IMG/VR virus record: IMGVR_UViG_3300045988_142974
Location: 64,001 to 128,000 of that record
Source of the DNA: a virus
DNA: 64,000 nt
Reading direction: 5' to 3' (one strand)
In this document: piece after piece, positions 16,734-26,048 of the stretch
Numbering within the stretch: position 1 is the first letter of the stretch
Layout of the letters: every line of letters starts with the position of its first letter
Program-made: the position numbers and the translations under genes
Notes under the pieces: model-generated
Told to the model about the DNA's origin: nothing
Databases searched by the model: none
What the model saw: only the letters and a program-made list of their open reading frames with translations

Positions 16734-16913
16734 ATGAAACATAAAAAGAAAAATGAAATAAAGTTAGGCAAAAACGAGGAATTTACAGAAGATGTATATC
16801 CAAACAACGGAAAATGCCCTGAGTGTGGTGGTATTTTGGTTACAAATTTTGGAGCAGGCATCAGTTGTACATTTTGTGTAGATTGTGACTATAACGACTA
16901 TGATTATGACTGA
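16734..16913 (+). CDS. small zinc-ribbon protein (59 aa)
   Basis: Own translation MKHKKKNEIKLGKNEEFTEDVYPNNGKCPECGGILVTNFGAGISCTFCVDCDYNDYDYD. CxxC...CxxC. GGGGAAGGA SD. Confidence 0.5.
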   Translation: MKHKKKNEIKLGKNEEFTEDVYPNNGKCPECGGILVTNFGAGISCTFCVDCDYNDYDYD

Positions 16914-16948
16914 TGAAACTAAGATTTCTTAGGAAAGTAGTGAGGAAA

Positions 16949-17185
16949 ATGATAACGGAAAATACACGGAAACAGTTAGCAGATTACAGAAAGCATGGTA
17001 AGAAGCTCAAATATCTTATCAATTATCTCATGGGGTTAATTGAGGACGAAGATGATTTCGAGGAGATAATTATAAGAGAAATGAAAGCTCTTGCATTCAA
17101 CGAGGATGAAATTATTGAATGTCTGGAATATGATTTCGGATTGGATATGAGTTGGCATCCAATGAGTGTAAATTATGGAAAGTAA
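16949..17185 (+). CDS. hypothetical protein (78 aa)
   Basis: Internal ATG of track ORF 16913..17185, with a GTGAGGA SD. Confidence 0.5.
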   Translation: MITENTRKQLADYRKHGKKLKYLINYLMGLIEDEDDFEEIIIREMKALAFNEDEIIECLEYDFGLDMSWHPMSVNYGK

Positions 17186-17202
17186 ATAACAAGTAAACGC
17201 AA

Positions 17203-17240
17203 AGGCAGTTAGGAGAATAATCTACTAGCTGCCTATTTTA
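17203..17240 (+). terminator. Hairpin AGGCAG ... CTGCCT + T-rich tail; loop carries GGAGAATAA
   Basis: Read directly. Confidence 0.5.
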
Positions 17241-17265
17241 TTACAAGAAAGAGAGGAAATGAATT

Positions 17266-17952
17266 ATGGAATTACGGAATAATTGGTATAAAGCAGATAA
17301 GGGAAAACATTTTGTACTTACAGAAAAAGGCAAAGAAGAGTGTACAAGTTACAAGCATAAAACAGTTGGTAAACCTGTAGACGAATATGATTATGAAGCA
17401 GTTGAATGGTCAGTTGATAAAGGATATGTGATCGAAACTGATATTCCAGGATGGACAAAAGGACTTAAGGGATATGAAGTTGTGTATTACAACGGAGAAT
17501 ATAGATTATCAGCAGGTAATCCGCAAATCTTCCCAACACGCAAAGCAGCAGAAATTTATAAAAAGCATTATGAAGCATATGCATGGTTCAATAAAGATTT
17601 AGTGATTGAAGAAGTTGAATATGATGGTGTTCCATTAAACAAACCGAAAATGTACAAGGGAAAAGAAATTGTAGATAAAGAACATTACTTTGGACTTGAT
17701 GCACATGAAGTTGGTGAGTATTTCACAGAGGATATGATTGATTCCTTTATGGATTTATTACCACCAGCTTGTATGAGAAGTGATTGTTCACAGATTGGTG
17801 AACCATGTTCAAGTAGAATTGATGAAAATGGAAAGGGCAGAACAACATATTCTACATTCAAAAAGGTAGATGATGGAATTTGGGAATATTGTGGAGATTG
17901 TTTTAGAGGTGAAAATTATATGCATGGAAAAGATATTCCGTATGTGAGATAA
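17266..17952 (+). CDS. hypothetical protein (228 aa, C-terminal Cys cluster)
   Basis: ORF track. AGAGAGGAAA SD. Confidence 0.65.
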   Translation: MELRNNWYKADKGKHFVLTEKGKEECTSYKHKTVGKPVDEYDYEAVEWSVDKGYVIETDIPGWTKGLKGYEVVYYNGEYRLSAGNPQIFPTRKAAEIYKKHYEAYAWFNKDLVIEEVEYDGVPLNKPKMYKGKEIVDKEHYFGLDAHEVGEYFTEDMIDSFMDLLPPACMRSDCSQIGEPCSSRIDENGKGRTTYSTFKKVDDGIWEYCGDCFRGENYMHGKDIPYVR

Positions 17953-17965
17953 GGAGATGATACTA

Positions 17966-18235
17966 ATGTTAAATATCAAATGGGATAACGGAGTTACAGG
18001 ATATTTAAGCAAAAGCGAAAAAGAACTGTGTGAAAAGATTGATAGAGAAATCAGTGCTATCAATGCAGTAAGTAAAACGGAAATATCTGTAATAATCAGT
18101 ATTGAAGGTGGCAATCAATTCCACATAAAGAAAGATACTGGTTCACTGATTGGATATATGAACGCAGAACAGTGTTGGTATGCATTGAAGGGAATTATGA
18201 CAAGTTTGTTATACATGGAAAGGCAGGTTGATTAA
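17966..18235 (+). CDS. hypothetical protein (89 aa)
   Basis: Track ORF 17957..18235. ATG 17966 is better spaced from the AAGGAG SD. Confidence 0.55.
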   Translation: MLNIKWDNGVTGYLSKSEKELCEKIDREISAINAVSKTEISVIISIEGGNQFHIKKDTGSLIGYMNAEQCWYALKGIMTSLLYMERQVD

Positions 18236-18236
18236 T

Positions 18237-18821
18237 ATGATGCAGTACGAAATAAAAGAACCAAATGGGTTTGGAAGTACATGGATAAAAGTAATAGGTA
18301 AAAATGCAAAACAGGAAACAATGACAATAGAGATTGTACATTGTGAAAATCCAGGAGGTAAAAATTCATTACCTTATGCATGGTATAAAAATGGTTGGAC
18401 TGATAAAGTAATGGAAACCTATATTGGTTGCCATACTTATGTACATGATTCTGAAGGAGCTTGTTTTGGTATTTATAATCCAACAACAAAATTAAGTGAT
18501 GATGGAAAGCGAAGTGTAATCAACTTTGATTGGCTACTCGAAGATACAGAAGAAAATAGAACGAAAATCATTGAAGCTTGTATTGAATTGTTTGAAGCTG
18601 CTACAGGCAAGAGTGCAACTGAAAAGAAAATTGAACATGTAATGGAATTTGCAAAAGAAAAAGGCTTGGAAGTTGTATCTGAAATACCTAAAGGTTGGAG
18701 AAAAAATCCATTTATGACAGATCCTTGGGGAGCTGTAACCATTGATAATGAAAAACCATTTTTTGCTAATCATAAAAGAAATCCAGAATATAAAAGAATG
18801 TTATTGATGGAAGGAGTGTGA
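18237..18821 (+). CDS. hypothetical protein (194 aa)
   Basis: Track ORF 18228..18821. First ATG at 18237. Three antisense track ORFs were rejected. Confidence 0.65.
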   Translation: MMQYEIKEPNGFGSTWIKVIGKNAKQETMTIEIVHCENPGGKNSLPYAWYKNGWTDKVMETYIGCHTYVHDSEGACFGIYNPTTKLSDDGKRSVINFDWLLEDTEENRTKIIEACIELFEAATGKSATEKKIEHVMEFAKEKGLEVVSEIPKGWRKNPFMTDPWGAVTIDNEKPFFANHKRNPEYKRMLLMEGV

Positions 18822-18826
18822 TTGAT

Positions 18827-19234
18827 ATGAAATATGTTCCGAGAAATGAATATTTTGAATTGATTGGAAAACTTGGAGTAAAGAAAGTAGAGAGCGAATA
18901 TGAAATTGCAGATTTAGATTTATCTGCATATTCACTAAATGAAGATACAAAACGGATTGCAAATGTAAACTTCATGGAAGAGACAGAAGATAGAAATGGT
19001 AATTACATGTTAGGTGGACATTGGATGTCCGATTTAAGTTACCAGTTCGCAAAGAAATGCAAATTCGATTTAGTTCAGATAGACGGATATAGTTCTTATG
19101 CTTATTCAGATGAACAGATGGCAGTGTTTACATATACAGAGGGTGATATTTATCTTACATTGTTTACTGATAAAGTTAAATATGAAGCTGAAAAGGAAAG
19201 AACAATTAAATTTTATGATGAGGTAATGCTATGA
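18827..19234 (+). CDS. hypothetical protein (135 aa)
   Basis: GGAAGGAGTGTGATTGAT-ATG initiation region. Confidence 0.6.
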   Translation: MKYVPRNEYFELIGKLGVKKVESEYEIADLDLSAYSLNEDTKRIANVNFMEETEDRNGNYMLGGHWMSDLSYQFAKKCKFDLVQIDGYSSYAYSDEQMAVFTYTEGDIYLTLFTDKVKYEAEKERTIKFYDEVML

Positions 19235-19497
19235 GTCAACGCAAATTATACACAGCTCATTTAGCAGGTATTTCATATGACGGAAATAATAAATATGAGA
19301 TGGTGATTATCACAAAATGGAAAGATAAAACAGAGGATTCATCAGAAGAAGGACACAAGGCATATTATTTTACACCTGATAACAAGTATCTTGAATGTAT
19401 TAGGGATGAAAATTGGTGCAGACGGATTTATGAGGCATTTCCAGAAAATACGAAATTTAGGATTGAAAGGAAGGTTGAGTGCTATGTTGAAAATTGA
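19231..19497 (+). CDS. hypothetical protein (88 aa)
   Basis: ORF track. ATGA overlap with the upstream gene. Confidence 0.55.
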   Translation: MSQRKLYTAHLAGISYDGNNKYEMVIITKWKDKTEDSSEEGHKAYYFTPDNKYLECIRDENWCRRIYEAFPENTKFRIERKVECYVEN

Positions 19498-19675
19498 AAT
19501 TAAAACAGGTGGTGCAGCATTTTGCGATCCGTTTACAGGTAAGCCAAGCGAATTTGATGAGGCTATTGAATGCAAAAGACTTCTTGAAGATATTTGCAGA
19601 AAACTTGAAGATGGTGCAATAGGTGGAAACATTATTGACATAAACGGAAATAAAGTTGGACAATGGAGCAGATAG
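19484..19675 (+). CDS. hypothetical protein (63 aa)
   Basis: Internal ATG of track ORF 19391..19675, with an AAGGAAGG SD. Confidence 0.5.
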   Translation: MLKIEIKTGGAAFCDPFTGKPSEFDEAIECKRLLEDICRKLEDGAIGGNIIDINGNKVGQWSR

Positions 19676-19687
19676 GAGTGTGATTAT

Positions 19688-19963
19688 ATGGCAAAACAAA
19701 TATATTATTTACACAGTTGTGATGTATGGAAATCTTATTCAAGTATGCAACTTTTATTTATTGGAACTTCTCAACGGAAATTAAAAATGAAAATCTCAAA
19801 AGAGATTGAAGAAGGCAATATGGAATATTGTGATAGTGAATTACCACAAAAAGAGCAGGCAAAAAGATTTAGAAAAGATTGGGAAACTGAGACAAGAGAT
19901 GTGATTAATTCAAGATTGGCATATGGAATTTTTGATTATACATATGACAATGAAGAAATGTAA
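19688..19963 (+). CDS. hypothetical protein (91 aa)
   Basis: ORF track. TAGGAGTGTGATT SD. Confidence 0.55.
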   Translation: MAKQIYYLHSCDVWKSYSSMQLLFIGTSQRKLKMKISKEIEEGNMEYCDSELPQKEQAKRFRKDWETETRDVINSRLAYGIFDYTYDNEEM

Positions 19964-20001
19964 CCACAGGAAATTGTAATTTCCAAAGGAGTGTGATTGA
20001 T

Positions 20002-20295
20002 GTGAAAATAATAAAATGCTATGAAGATTATGCAAAGTTACGAAAAAAGTTAAAGTCAAAACAATATGATTTAATGAATGATAGTATCGGTCAATACAAT
20101 ACAGATGGATACAGCGTAGATGTTACATTAAGAGATTATGATGGAAACTGGTGTATTGATTATGATGTGTACAAGCCAAATGGAAATCCAAACTATCTTG
20201 ACGGTGGCAAGGTATGTAATGTATCTAAAATGCCATTGACCGACAAAGGATTTTGGAAACTGATAAAAAAGAAATTTGAAAAGCATATAAAATAA
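20002..20295 (+). CDS. hypothetical protein (97 aa, GTG start)
   Basis: Track ORF 19993..20295. GTG 20002 occupies the same position as the ATG in the conserved GGAGTGTGATTGAT-NTG context. Confidence 0.55.
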   Translation: MKIIKCYEDYAKLRKKLKSKQYDLMNDSIGQYNTDGYSVDVTLRDYDGNWCIDYDVYKPNGNPNYLDGGKVCNVSKMPLTDKGFWKLIKKKFEKHIK

Positions 20296-20314
20296 GAAAG
20301 GTTAGGTAAATATT

Positions 20315-20803
20315 ATGAAAGTAAACGAAATTAGAAAAACAGAAACAATCGAGAAACTTGTAAGAACAGAGTACATTGCAGAGGATGGAACTATATTTAG
20401 AAGCGAAGAAGAGTGTAAGAAATATGAGGAATCAGCACTATTTGTAATTAGTAAAGAGTTGAAGAAGCTTAATAATGAGAAAAATGGAGCTTCTGAATAT
20501 GATATTTATAATGAATGTTCTGATGAATGTCTGGTAGAGATTTTCAATGCAGAAACAGAAAGAGATATTGAGAATATCAGAAGATATGTATATCTCAAAG
20601 CACTTTCAAATAGTTCATATGCAAATAAAGCAGACGTTGACTTACCTAATATCACACCAGGGCATGAAGTAATTATTCATTGGAACTATGACGAGGATAG
20701 TTGTTGGACTATTGGAAATGGAAGTATTGATGCTTTCTGTGACTATATTAGAGATAATCTAAGGAGTTTAATTACCCCAAAGGAGGAAAATGCAGATGCT
20801 TAA
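20315..20803 (+). CDS. hypothetical acidic protein (162 aa)
   Basis: ORF track. Confidence 0.6.
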   Translation: MKVNEIRKTETIEKLVRTEYIAEDGTIFRSEEECKKYEESALFVISKELKKLNNEKNGASEYDIYNECSDECLVEIFNAETERDIENIRRYVYLKALSNSSYANKADVDLPNITPGHEVIIHWNYDEDSCWTIGNGSIDAFCDYIRDNLRSLITPKEENADA

Positions 20804-20951
20804 TATAACATTTAAGTACAGAGATGCAATGAGTAATTGGGAATGGAGAACACAAAGCTGTACAGTATCATCTATTGAAGAATGTAAGCGAATTTACGGA
20901 CTTGACAATGGCGATGTTGAATACGAGATTTTAGAAGTCAAAGAGGCATAA
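20796..20951 (+). CDS. small ORF (51 aa)
   Basis: Own translation MLNITFKYRDAMSNWEWRTQSCTVSSIEECKRIYGLDNGDVEYEILEVKEA. AAAGGAGGAAAA SD. Confidence 0.45.
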   Translation: MLNITFKYRDAMSNWEWRTQSCTVSSIEECKRIYGLDNGDVEYEILEVKEA

Positions 20952-20964
20952 TACAGAGAATAAT

Positions 20965-21000
20965 AAGGCAGACGCAAACATATGTGTCTGTCTTATTTTA
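20965..21000 (+). terminator. Rho-independent terminator (AAGGCAGAC ... GTCTGTCTT + ATTTTA)
   Basis: Read directly. Preceded by the AGAGAATA box at 20955-20962. Confidence 0.6.
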
Positions 21001-21018
21001 TTGGAAGGAGAATGTAAA

Positions 21019-21354
21019 ATGATTATATTGCAAAGAGATTCACGGTATGAGATGGGTGATCCTGATTGTGTGTTTAAAGTAAAATCAGGTGACTTAATTA
21101 CACCAATAAAGCGAATTGGATATAAAACTACATTTGATGATTGGGAAGATTACGGAGAAATCACGGATGAAGATATAAAAGATTTATATATTTTTTGTTG
21201 TCCTAACGATGAAATTCAAACAGAAGTTTATATTTCAATTTGTTCAAATTGGGATTTAATTTTTGTTGGCAGATATAAAGGTATTTTCTTTGATAATACA
21301 GAGGCTATTACAGCAAAAATTAATGCATGGATTAACAACAATATGGAGGTGTGA
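21019..21354 (+). CDS. hypothetical protein (111 aa)
   Basis: Track ORF 21001..21354. ATG 21019 follows the GGAAGGAG SD. Confidence 0.55.
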   Translation: MIILQRDSRYEMGDPDCVFKVKSGDLITPIKRIGYKTTFDDWEDYGEITDEDIKDLYIFCCPNDEIQTEVYISICSNWDLIFVGRYKGIFFDNTEAITAKINAWINNNMEV

Positions 21355-21356
21355 CT

Positions 21357-21578
21357 ATGAATACATTAGAAGATATTTTAGTAGCATTAGGAAGTAAAAA
21401 ACCATTCTTAGACAAGATAATAATTGATGAAGATGGTGGAAGGCAGCCGTTCACCAAAGGCGGTGCTAAAGCATATGAAAAATTGACAGAAATCTTATAT
21501 GCGGTTGGAGAACTTACTAATACAGATATGAATAGTATTGTTGAAGAATTAGATAGTATAGCGAATCAGGATATGTAG
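21357..21578 (+). CDS. hypothetical protein (73 aa)
   Basis: Track ORF 21351..21578. ATG 21357 follows the GGAGGTG SD. Confidence 0.55.
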   Translation: MNTLEDILVALGSKKPFLDKIIIDEDGGRQPFTKGGAKAYEKLTEILYAVGELTNTDMNSIVEELDSIANQDM

Positions 21579-21590
21579 GAGGTAAGCGAA

Positions 21591-21794
21591 ATGGTACAAT
21601 TACGGCAATACAAAATGGTTGAAGGAATTGGAAGTCATTGGAATAAACGATGGGAAATCCAAGAGAAATATAAATATTTTGAAAATGGAGAATGGGTTTA
21701 TTCCTGGCATTTAGTATTTTGGAGCAGTGATAAAGCGAGATGCGAAGAAGTGTTTGAGAAATATAAAAAATTAGGAGGTAAGCGAAATGATTGA
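21591..21794 (+). CDS. hypothetical protein (67 aa)
   Basis: ORF track. TAGGAGGTAAGCGAA-ATG, identical to the next gene's initiation region. Confidence 0.55.
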   Translation: MVQLRQYKMVEGIGSHWNKRWEIQEKYKYFENGEWVYSWHLVFWSSDKARCEEVFEKYKKLGGKRND

Positions 21795-22098
21795 GTTAAA
21801 AGATTTATTGGAAGAAAATGAAACACTTGTAACATTTCATCTTTGCAATGAATATTGGTCACGGAATGCAATCACAGTAAAAGGAAATGATGATATTTCT
21901 GGTGCATTAGAAATGACATTACATAGAATACTTGAAGCTGGTGGAACAGAAGATGATGTAAAGCGAATTATGGGTGCTGAAATTCCAACAGAAGATGAAC
22001 TAAAAGAACTTGAAGAGTTTGATGAATTTAGTTGGATAGATTTAGGTTATGTATTACCTGGTTTAATTGATTTATGGGAAGAAAGCGAGGTTGATTGA
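21787..22098 (+). CDS. hypothetical acidic protein (103 aa)
   Basis: ORF track. Confidence 0.55.
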   Translation: MIELKDLLEENETLVTFHLCNEYWSRNAITVKGNDDISGALEMTLHRILEAGGTEDDVKRIMGAEIPTEDELKELEEFDEFSWIDLGYVLPGLIDLWEESEVD

Positions 22099-22099
22099 T

Positions 22100-23074
22100 A
22101 TGACAATAGAAATATTAAAAACCAGAATAGATGAAATATTAAAGAAAATGTGGGGTGTAAATGAAGATGGTGGCATCGAAATTTATACTGACTACAGAGA
22201 AAGAGAACTTTCTGATAGTTTCTTAAAAGAGATATTTGAGCATGATAATCCAAGAGAGGCATTTAATGATGAATTAGCTGATTGGGCTATGGATTATGCA
22301 ATGGAGTATGGAGAAGATGAGTTTGAAAAGGATATTCGTGAAGAAATGACGGATGAAGAGGAAGAGTATTTTACAGATAATTTTAATGAGATATGGGAGT
22401 ATGTAAGAGAAAATACATATTTTTATTACAACGCCGAGGATTTTAATAATGAAGTCAAAGTAAATATTATGGTGGATTGTGGTAATTGGAATTACGATTG
22501 CGTTTGCGATAATGTTCTGAATTGGTATGGAAATTCAGGAGATGGAAGTATTGACAAAGAATCATCTATGCTATGGTTAGCAAAAACACAAGGTAAAGCA
22601 ACTGCATTAAGAAAGGCATGTAAACAAGTACATAGGGATGATGGATATTATGTAGATAGAGATAAAAACAAAGACAAATTTATAGAAAGCTGCATACAGG
22701 AATTTGAAAATCTTCCATCACATATGGCAACTGTAACATTTCTTGTAAAAATGCCGTTATTTGATTTGTTTGATTTAATCGAATTACAGAATAAAGAATA
22801 TGACGAAAAAGGAAAATATGATCCACGAAAGAATGAAAAATCAAAATCTTATATAGTTCTTGGAAAAGAAACAATGTGTGGGTTGTATGATTCTTGGTCT
22901 GGTGGTGGTTCTGTATTAGAAGTAGAACTGGATAAGGATGTTAAACTTCCTATTAAATATGCAATCTTTTGTGTAGAGGGATGTAAGATGCATGGATATG
23001 ATATTGATGAAGTTTATGGACTGATTGATAGTTGTTGGAAAGAAACAGTAAAGGAAATAAAAGAGGTTGCATAA
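22100..23074 (+). CDS. hypothetical acidic protein (324 aa)
   Basis: Track ORF 22067..23074. ATG 22100 lies in the GGTTGATTGAT-ATG context. Confidence 0.65.
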   Translation: MTIEILKTRIDEILKKMWGVNEDGGIEIYTDYRERELSDSFLKEIFEHDNPREAFNDELADWAMDYAMEYGEDEFEKDIREEMTDEEEEYFTDNFNEIWEYVRENTYFYYNAEDFNNEVKVNIMVDCGNWNYDCVCDNVLNWYGNSGDGSIDKESSMLWLAKTQGKATALRKACKQVHRDDGYYVDRDKNKDKFIESCIQEFENLPSHMATVTFLVKMPLFDLFDLIELQNKEYDEKGKYDPRKNEKSKSYIVLGKETMCGLYDSWSGGGSVLEVELDKDVKLPIKYAIFCVEGCKMHGYDIDEVYGLIDSCWKETVKEIKEVA

Positions 23075-23120
23075 AACCAAAGGAAAGAACTGTTTCTTGA
23101 AAAGAAAGTGAGGAAAAATT

Positions 23121-23516
23121 ATGAGTATTTTAGCTGATGGTATTTTTATGAATCCAAGATATGATCAATATGAAGATTATGGTGAAACACAAAGCTATTA
23201 TGATTTAAGAACGGGTATTATCTATGTGGTAATGGAAGAATATGGAATGAGTGGTAACAATATTATTCAGGAAATCACACCAGATTCCGCTGAATATAAG
23301 GCAAATTATGCAAGATACAAGAAAGCGAAAGGCATTAAGGAAAAATATAGAGTAACTTATACTGCGCAAGTCGATCAAACGATTGAAGCAACTTCTTTAG
23401 AAGAGGCAAAGAAAATGGCGAAGAATGGAACTGGTGAATATGAAAATCAAGCTTTTGAAAGTATTTATTTATCAGAAGTCGCTTTTATAACAGATAAAGA
23501 CGGAAACGAAGTATAA
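23121..23516 (+). CDS. hypothetical protein (131 aa)
   Basis: ORF track. GTGAGGAAAA SD. Confidence 0.6.
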   Translation: MSILADGIFMNPRYDQYEDYGETQSYYDLRTGIIYVVMEEYGMSGNNIIQEITPDSAEYKANYARYKKAKGIKEKYRVTYTAQVDQTIEATSLEEAKKMAKNGTGEYENQAFESIYLSEVAFITDKDGNEV

Positions 23517-23531
23517 AGGAGAGTGATTGAT

Positions 23532-23705
23532 GTGATAACAAGAGAAAGATTTGCAGAGACAGGTTGGAAAATGACATGTGAACAGTATCAGAAATGTGAT
23601 TGTACAGAATGTGATAAGGAAGATTGTATTCACAGAAACGCTTATAGAAGAGTACCTGAAATTGATGGTGGTCTTGGTTTGTGTCCTAATCTGAAGGGAG
23701 AGTGA
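23532..23705 (+). CDS. small Cys-rich protein (57 aa, GTG start)
   Basis: Track ORF 23523..23705. Conserved GGAGAGTGATTGAT-GTG context. Confidence 0.5.
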   Translation: MITRERFAETGWKMTCEQYQKCDCTECDKEDCIHRNAYRRVPEIDGGLGLCPNLKGE

Positions 23706-23710
23706 TTAAA

Positions 23711-23899
23711 ATGTATAAGCTGCGAATATATAAGTTGTCTGGTGTAGATAAAGGAAACTTAGATCATGAGGAATTGTTCGATACTAAAAATCAGATGGAC
23801 AAAAGATATGATGAATTGTTTCAAAGAGATTTGTATGGCTTAAATCCGACTGCATGGGAACAGATTGACAATGAATGGAAACGATTGGAGGGATATTAA
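23711..23899 (+). CDS. hypothetical protein (62 aa)
   Basis: Track ORF 23702..23899. First ATG after the upstream stop. Confidence 0.5.
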   Translation: MYKLRIYKLSGVDKGNLDHEELFDTKNQMDKRYDELFQRDLYGLNPTAWEQIDNEWKRLEGY

Positions 23900-23900
23900 A

Positions 23901-24122
23901 ATGAGAGTAAAAACATATCAAAATAAACGAAACAAGCGGAAATATATCGAAGTTCATAATGACGGACATTATCATAATTCTGTTCGTCAGTATATAGAAC
24001 ATGACCAGAAAGTTGCTGGTCGTAAGGTTGGAGTTGTTAGAAATTACACTGGCGATGGAAAACTTCATCGGTGGAGAAAAGGCAACTTGAATGAGTTATT
24101 GGAAGATTACAAAGAGGTATAG
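23901..24122 (+). CDS. small basic protein (73 aa)
   Basis: Internal ATG of track ORF 23865..24122, with a TTGGAGGGA SD. Confidence 0.5.
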   Translation: MRVKTYQNKRNKRKYIEVHNDGHYHNSVRQYIEHDQKVAGRKVGVVRNYTGDGKLHRWRKGNLNELLEDYKEV

Positions 24123-24153
24123 AATTTTAGGAATTGCAGAAGAGATTGGAGTG

Positions 24154-24447
24154 ATGGAAATGAAAATAAAGTGTCCTAATTGCGGAAAAGAATTTGATTT
24201 GTATAGATTAAAACATGATGAAAATAACCTCGAAGGATTTTATACATATCATTCTAAATGTCGAGCTAGTTTTGACATTGATTTTGATATGAACAAGACA
24301 TTTATAACAGATATTCCTAAAATGGCAGATTTTAAAATCCTTACAAAAGAAGCATTTTTGGAAAGTTACAGTTATTTAACAGAGGACGAATATAATGCAA
24401 CCGCATTATATATGAACTGGTTAAACGCAGATGACGAAGAACCTTAG
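24154..24447 (+). CDS. hypothetical protein with N-terminal CPNCG zinc knuckle (97 aa)
   Basis: Internal ATG of track ORF 24091..24447, with a TTGGAGTGATGG context. Confidence 0.5.
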   Translation: MEMKIKCPNCGKEFDLYRLKHDENNLEGFYTYHSKCRASFDIDFDMNKTFITDIPKMADFKILTKEAFLESYSYLTEDEYNATALYMNWLNADDEEP

Positions 24448-24491
24448 AACATAAGAAATAGCAATTTCATTTTAAGATTGGAGTGATTTAT

Positions 24492-24839
24492 ATGGTATTA
24501 GATAAAAAAATACAGGATATTTTAGAGAAGAATGAATTCAATTTTGATGAAGAAATTAGTGAGCAAGATAATGGAAAATACATAGAAATCAATCAGAGTA
24601 CACCAGAAGGTGAAGATTGGTGGGAGACAATCTGGTTTGATGGTACATATGAAGGGTTTGTAAATGCAGTTGAAAAAAGAGTGTTGAATTTTGATGTCGA
24701 TGAAGAAGTCGAGATATGGATTCCTAACAGAGGTAAAGGTGGTTGCCCTGATAGTATTATGGATTTAGTTCATGATGCCGAATGGAAACAGAAAACATTA
24801 GAAAACTTATTGGATGATTTACAGGAAAACAAAAAATAA
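24492..24839 (+). CDS. hypothetical acidic protein (115 aa); in-frame continuation after its TAA stop (see findings)
   Basis: Track ORF 24483..24839. ATG 24492 follows the TTGGAGTGATT SD. Confidence 0.55.
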   Translation: MVLDKKIQDILEKNEFNFDEEISEQDNGKYIEINQSTPEGEDWWETIWFDGTYEGFVNAVEKRVLNFDVDEEVEIWIPNRGKGGCPDSIMDLVHDAEWKQKTLENLLDDLQENKK

Positions 24840-25030
24840 GAAAAGGAAATCACAAAAGAATCTGTTGAGAATGAATTATATGATTTTTTTAATGACAAAA
24901 TGGAAACTGGTGATGCACCTGAAATTGAAAGAGTTGGTCGTTATCCTGATATGTATGTCACAGGAGACAACGGAATTGTTATTGATTGTATAGGTGGTAG
25001 GCAGATCAGATTGATTATCCAGGTAGACTA
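24840..25030 (+). pseudogene. 63 sense codons in the same frame directly after the TAA at 24837-24839; only internal ATG (24900) lacks an SD. Possible nonsense-split or readthrough C-terminal part of 24492..24839
   Basis: Own translation EKEITKESVENELYDFFNDKMETGDAPEIERVGRYPDMYVTGDNGIVIDCIGGRQIRLIIQVD. The frame was checked codon by codon. Confidence 0.35.
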
Positions 25031-25044
25031 AGGAGTGGTGATTT

Positions 25045-25380
25045 ATGAATTATACTTATTTTGGAAACAGAATCGAAAGAAGTTCATTGGGGAATCTGGG
25101 ATTACAGTTATTAAAATCTCAAGAGAAATTAGTTTCTCAGGAATATGAAATTGAGAATCTTAGAATTAAAGCAGCCATGTATAAAGCATATTTCTTTCGT
25201 AATTCTTCATTAGCAGAAAAATTACAAAAACAAAGTGAAGAAAACAGAGATGCACTTATTGGAGAGTTTGATGGTTCTTCATATGCAAGTTGGAGAGCAA
25301 ACGCTGTATATAGAACGCTTGAAAATATGTGCGATGAAGGACTATTAACTGAAAGAGAATACAAAGAATGCAAAGTATGA
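25045..25380 (+). CDS. hypothetical protein (111 aa)
   Basis: ORF track. TAAGGAGTGGTGATT SD. Confidence 0.55.
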   Translation: MNYTYFGNRIERSSLGNLGLQLLKSQEKLVSQEYEIENLRIKAAMYKAYFFRNSSLAEKLQKQSEENRDALIGEFDGSSYASWRANAVYRTLENMCDEGLLTEREYKECKV

Positions 25381-25417
25381 AACAAGAGTTTCTTTAGAAG
25401 AATAGAGGTAGATTTAT

Positions 25418-25693
25418 ATGAAGATAACAAGAGAAATGGTAATAGAGTTAAATAACGAATTAGCCGTAAAAGGTTGCCCATTCAGATATGAATATGAAGG
25501 AGCAACAGAATATTCACACATTCCACAAATGCAAGTTGCATTGCCAAATATGAATTGCGTTGATAGCTGCATTATTAATGTAACAAGGGATTTTCTCGAA
25601 TGGCTAGAATTGTGGTTCAAAACAAAATATGGAATTGAATTAACCTGTAACAATGATGGGAGTGTTTTGCGGGCTAAAAACTATAAGGAATAA
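25418..25693 (+). CDS. hypothetical protein (91 aa)
   Basis: ORF track. Confidence 0.55.
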   Translation: MKITREMVIELNNELAVKGCPFRYEYEGATEYSHIPQMQVALPNMNCVDSCIINVTRDFLEWLELWFKTKYGIELTCNNDGSVLRAKNYKE

Positions 25694-25742
25694 AAAACCA
25701 AAGAAACGACGATTTACTGGGATTATGAAAGGAGGAACAGCT

Positions 25743-26024
25743 ATGGATTCAAAGTTCTTTGAGAGAAAATGCTTTACAACAACATCTGATTGTTTATTGG
25801 AATTTATGAAGGAACAAAAAGATGATTCAAGCCTTATATTTAATATGGAAGAAGATACAAAAGAAGTATTCTTATATAGTCCAGCGTTTGATGTTGAATA
25901 TAATGAGGATGATATTATGGATTGTGTTGGCAGAGAATTGGGTGTTGAAATAAATAATCTGTTCGTAGATGGCGACAAATATTGTGCAGCAATTTATTTT
26001 ACTGTAAGAAAATTAGAACAATGA
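25743..26024 (+). CDS. hypothetical protein (93 aa)
   Basis: Internal ATG of track ORF 25653..26024, with a GAAAGGAGGAACAGCT SD. Confidence 0.55.
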   Translation: MDSKFFERKCFTTTSDCLLEFMKEQKDDSSLIFNMEEDTKEVFLYSPAFDVEYNEDDIMDCVGRELGVEINNLFVDGDKYCAAIYFTVRKLEQ

Positions 26025-26048
26025 ATCGGAAGATTGGAGGTTGATTAC

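Noticed and set aside
18805-18830. Highly recurrent GGAG(T/G)GTGATTGAT-ATG/GTG sequences before dozens of genes (for example 18811, 19674, 19985, 23517, 23697, 24475, 25028, 27705), which look like a dispersed repeat.
   Set aside because: The motif is simply an extended Shine-Dalgarno complementary to the Firmicutes 16S rRNA 3' end (AGAAAGGAGGTGATC) at optimal spacing. It is not a separate repeat family.
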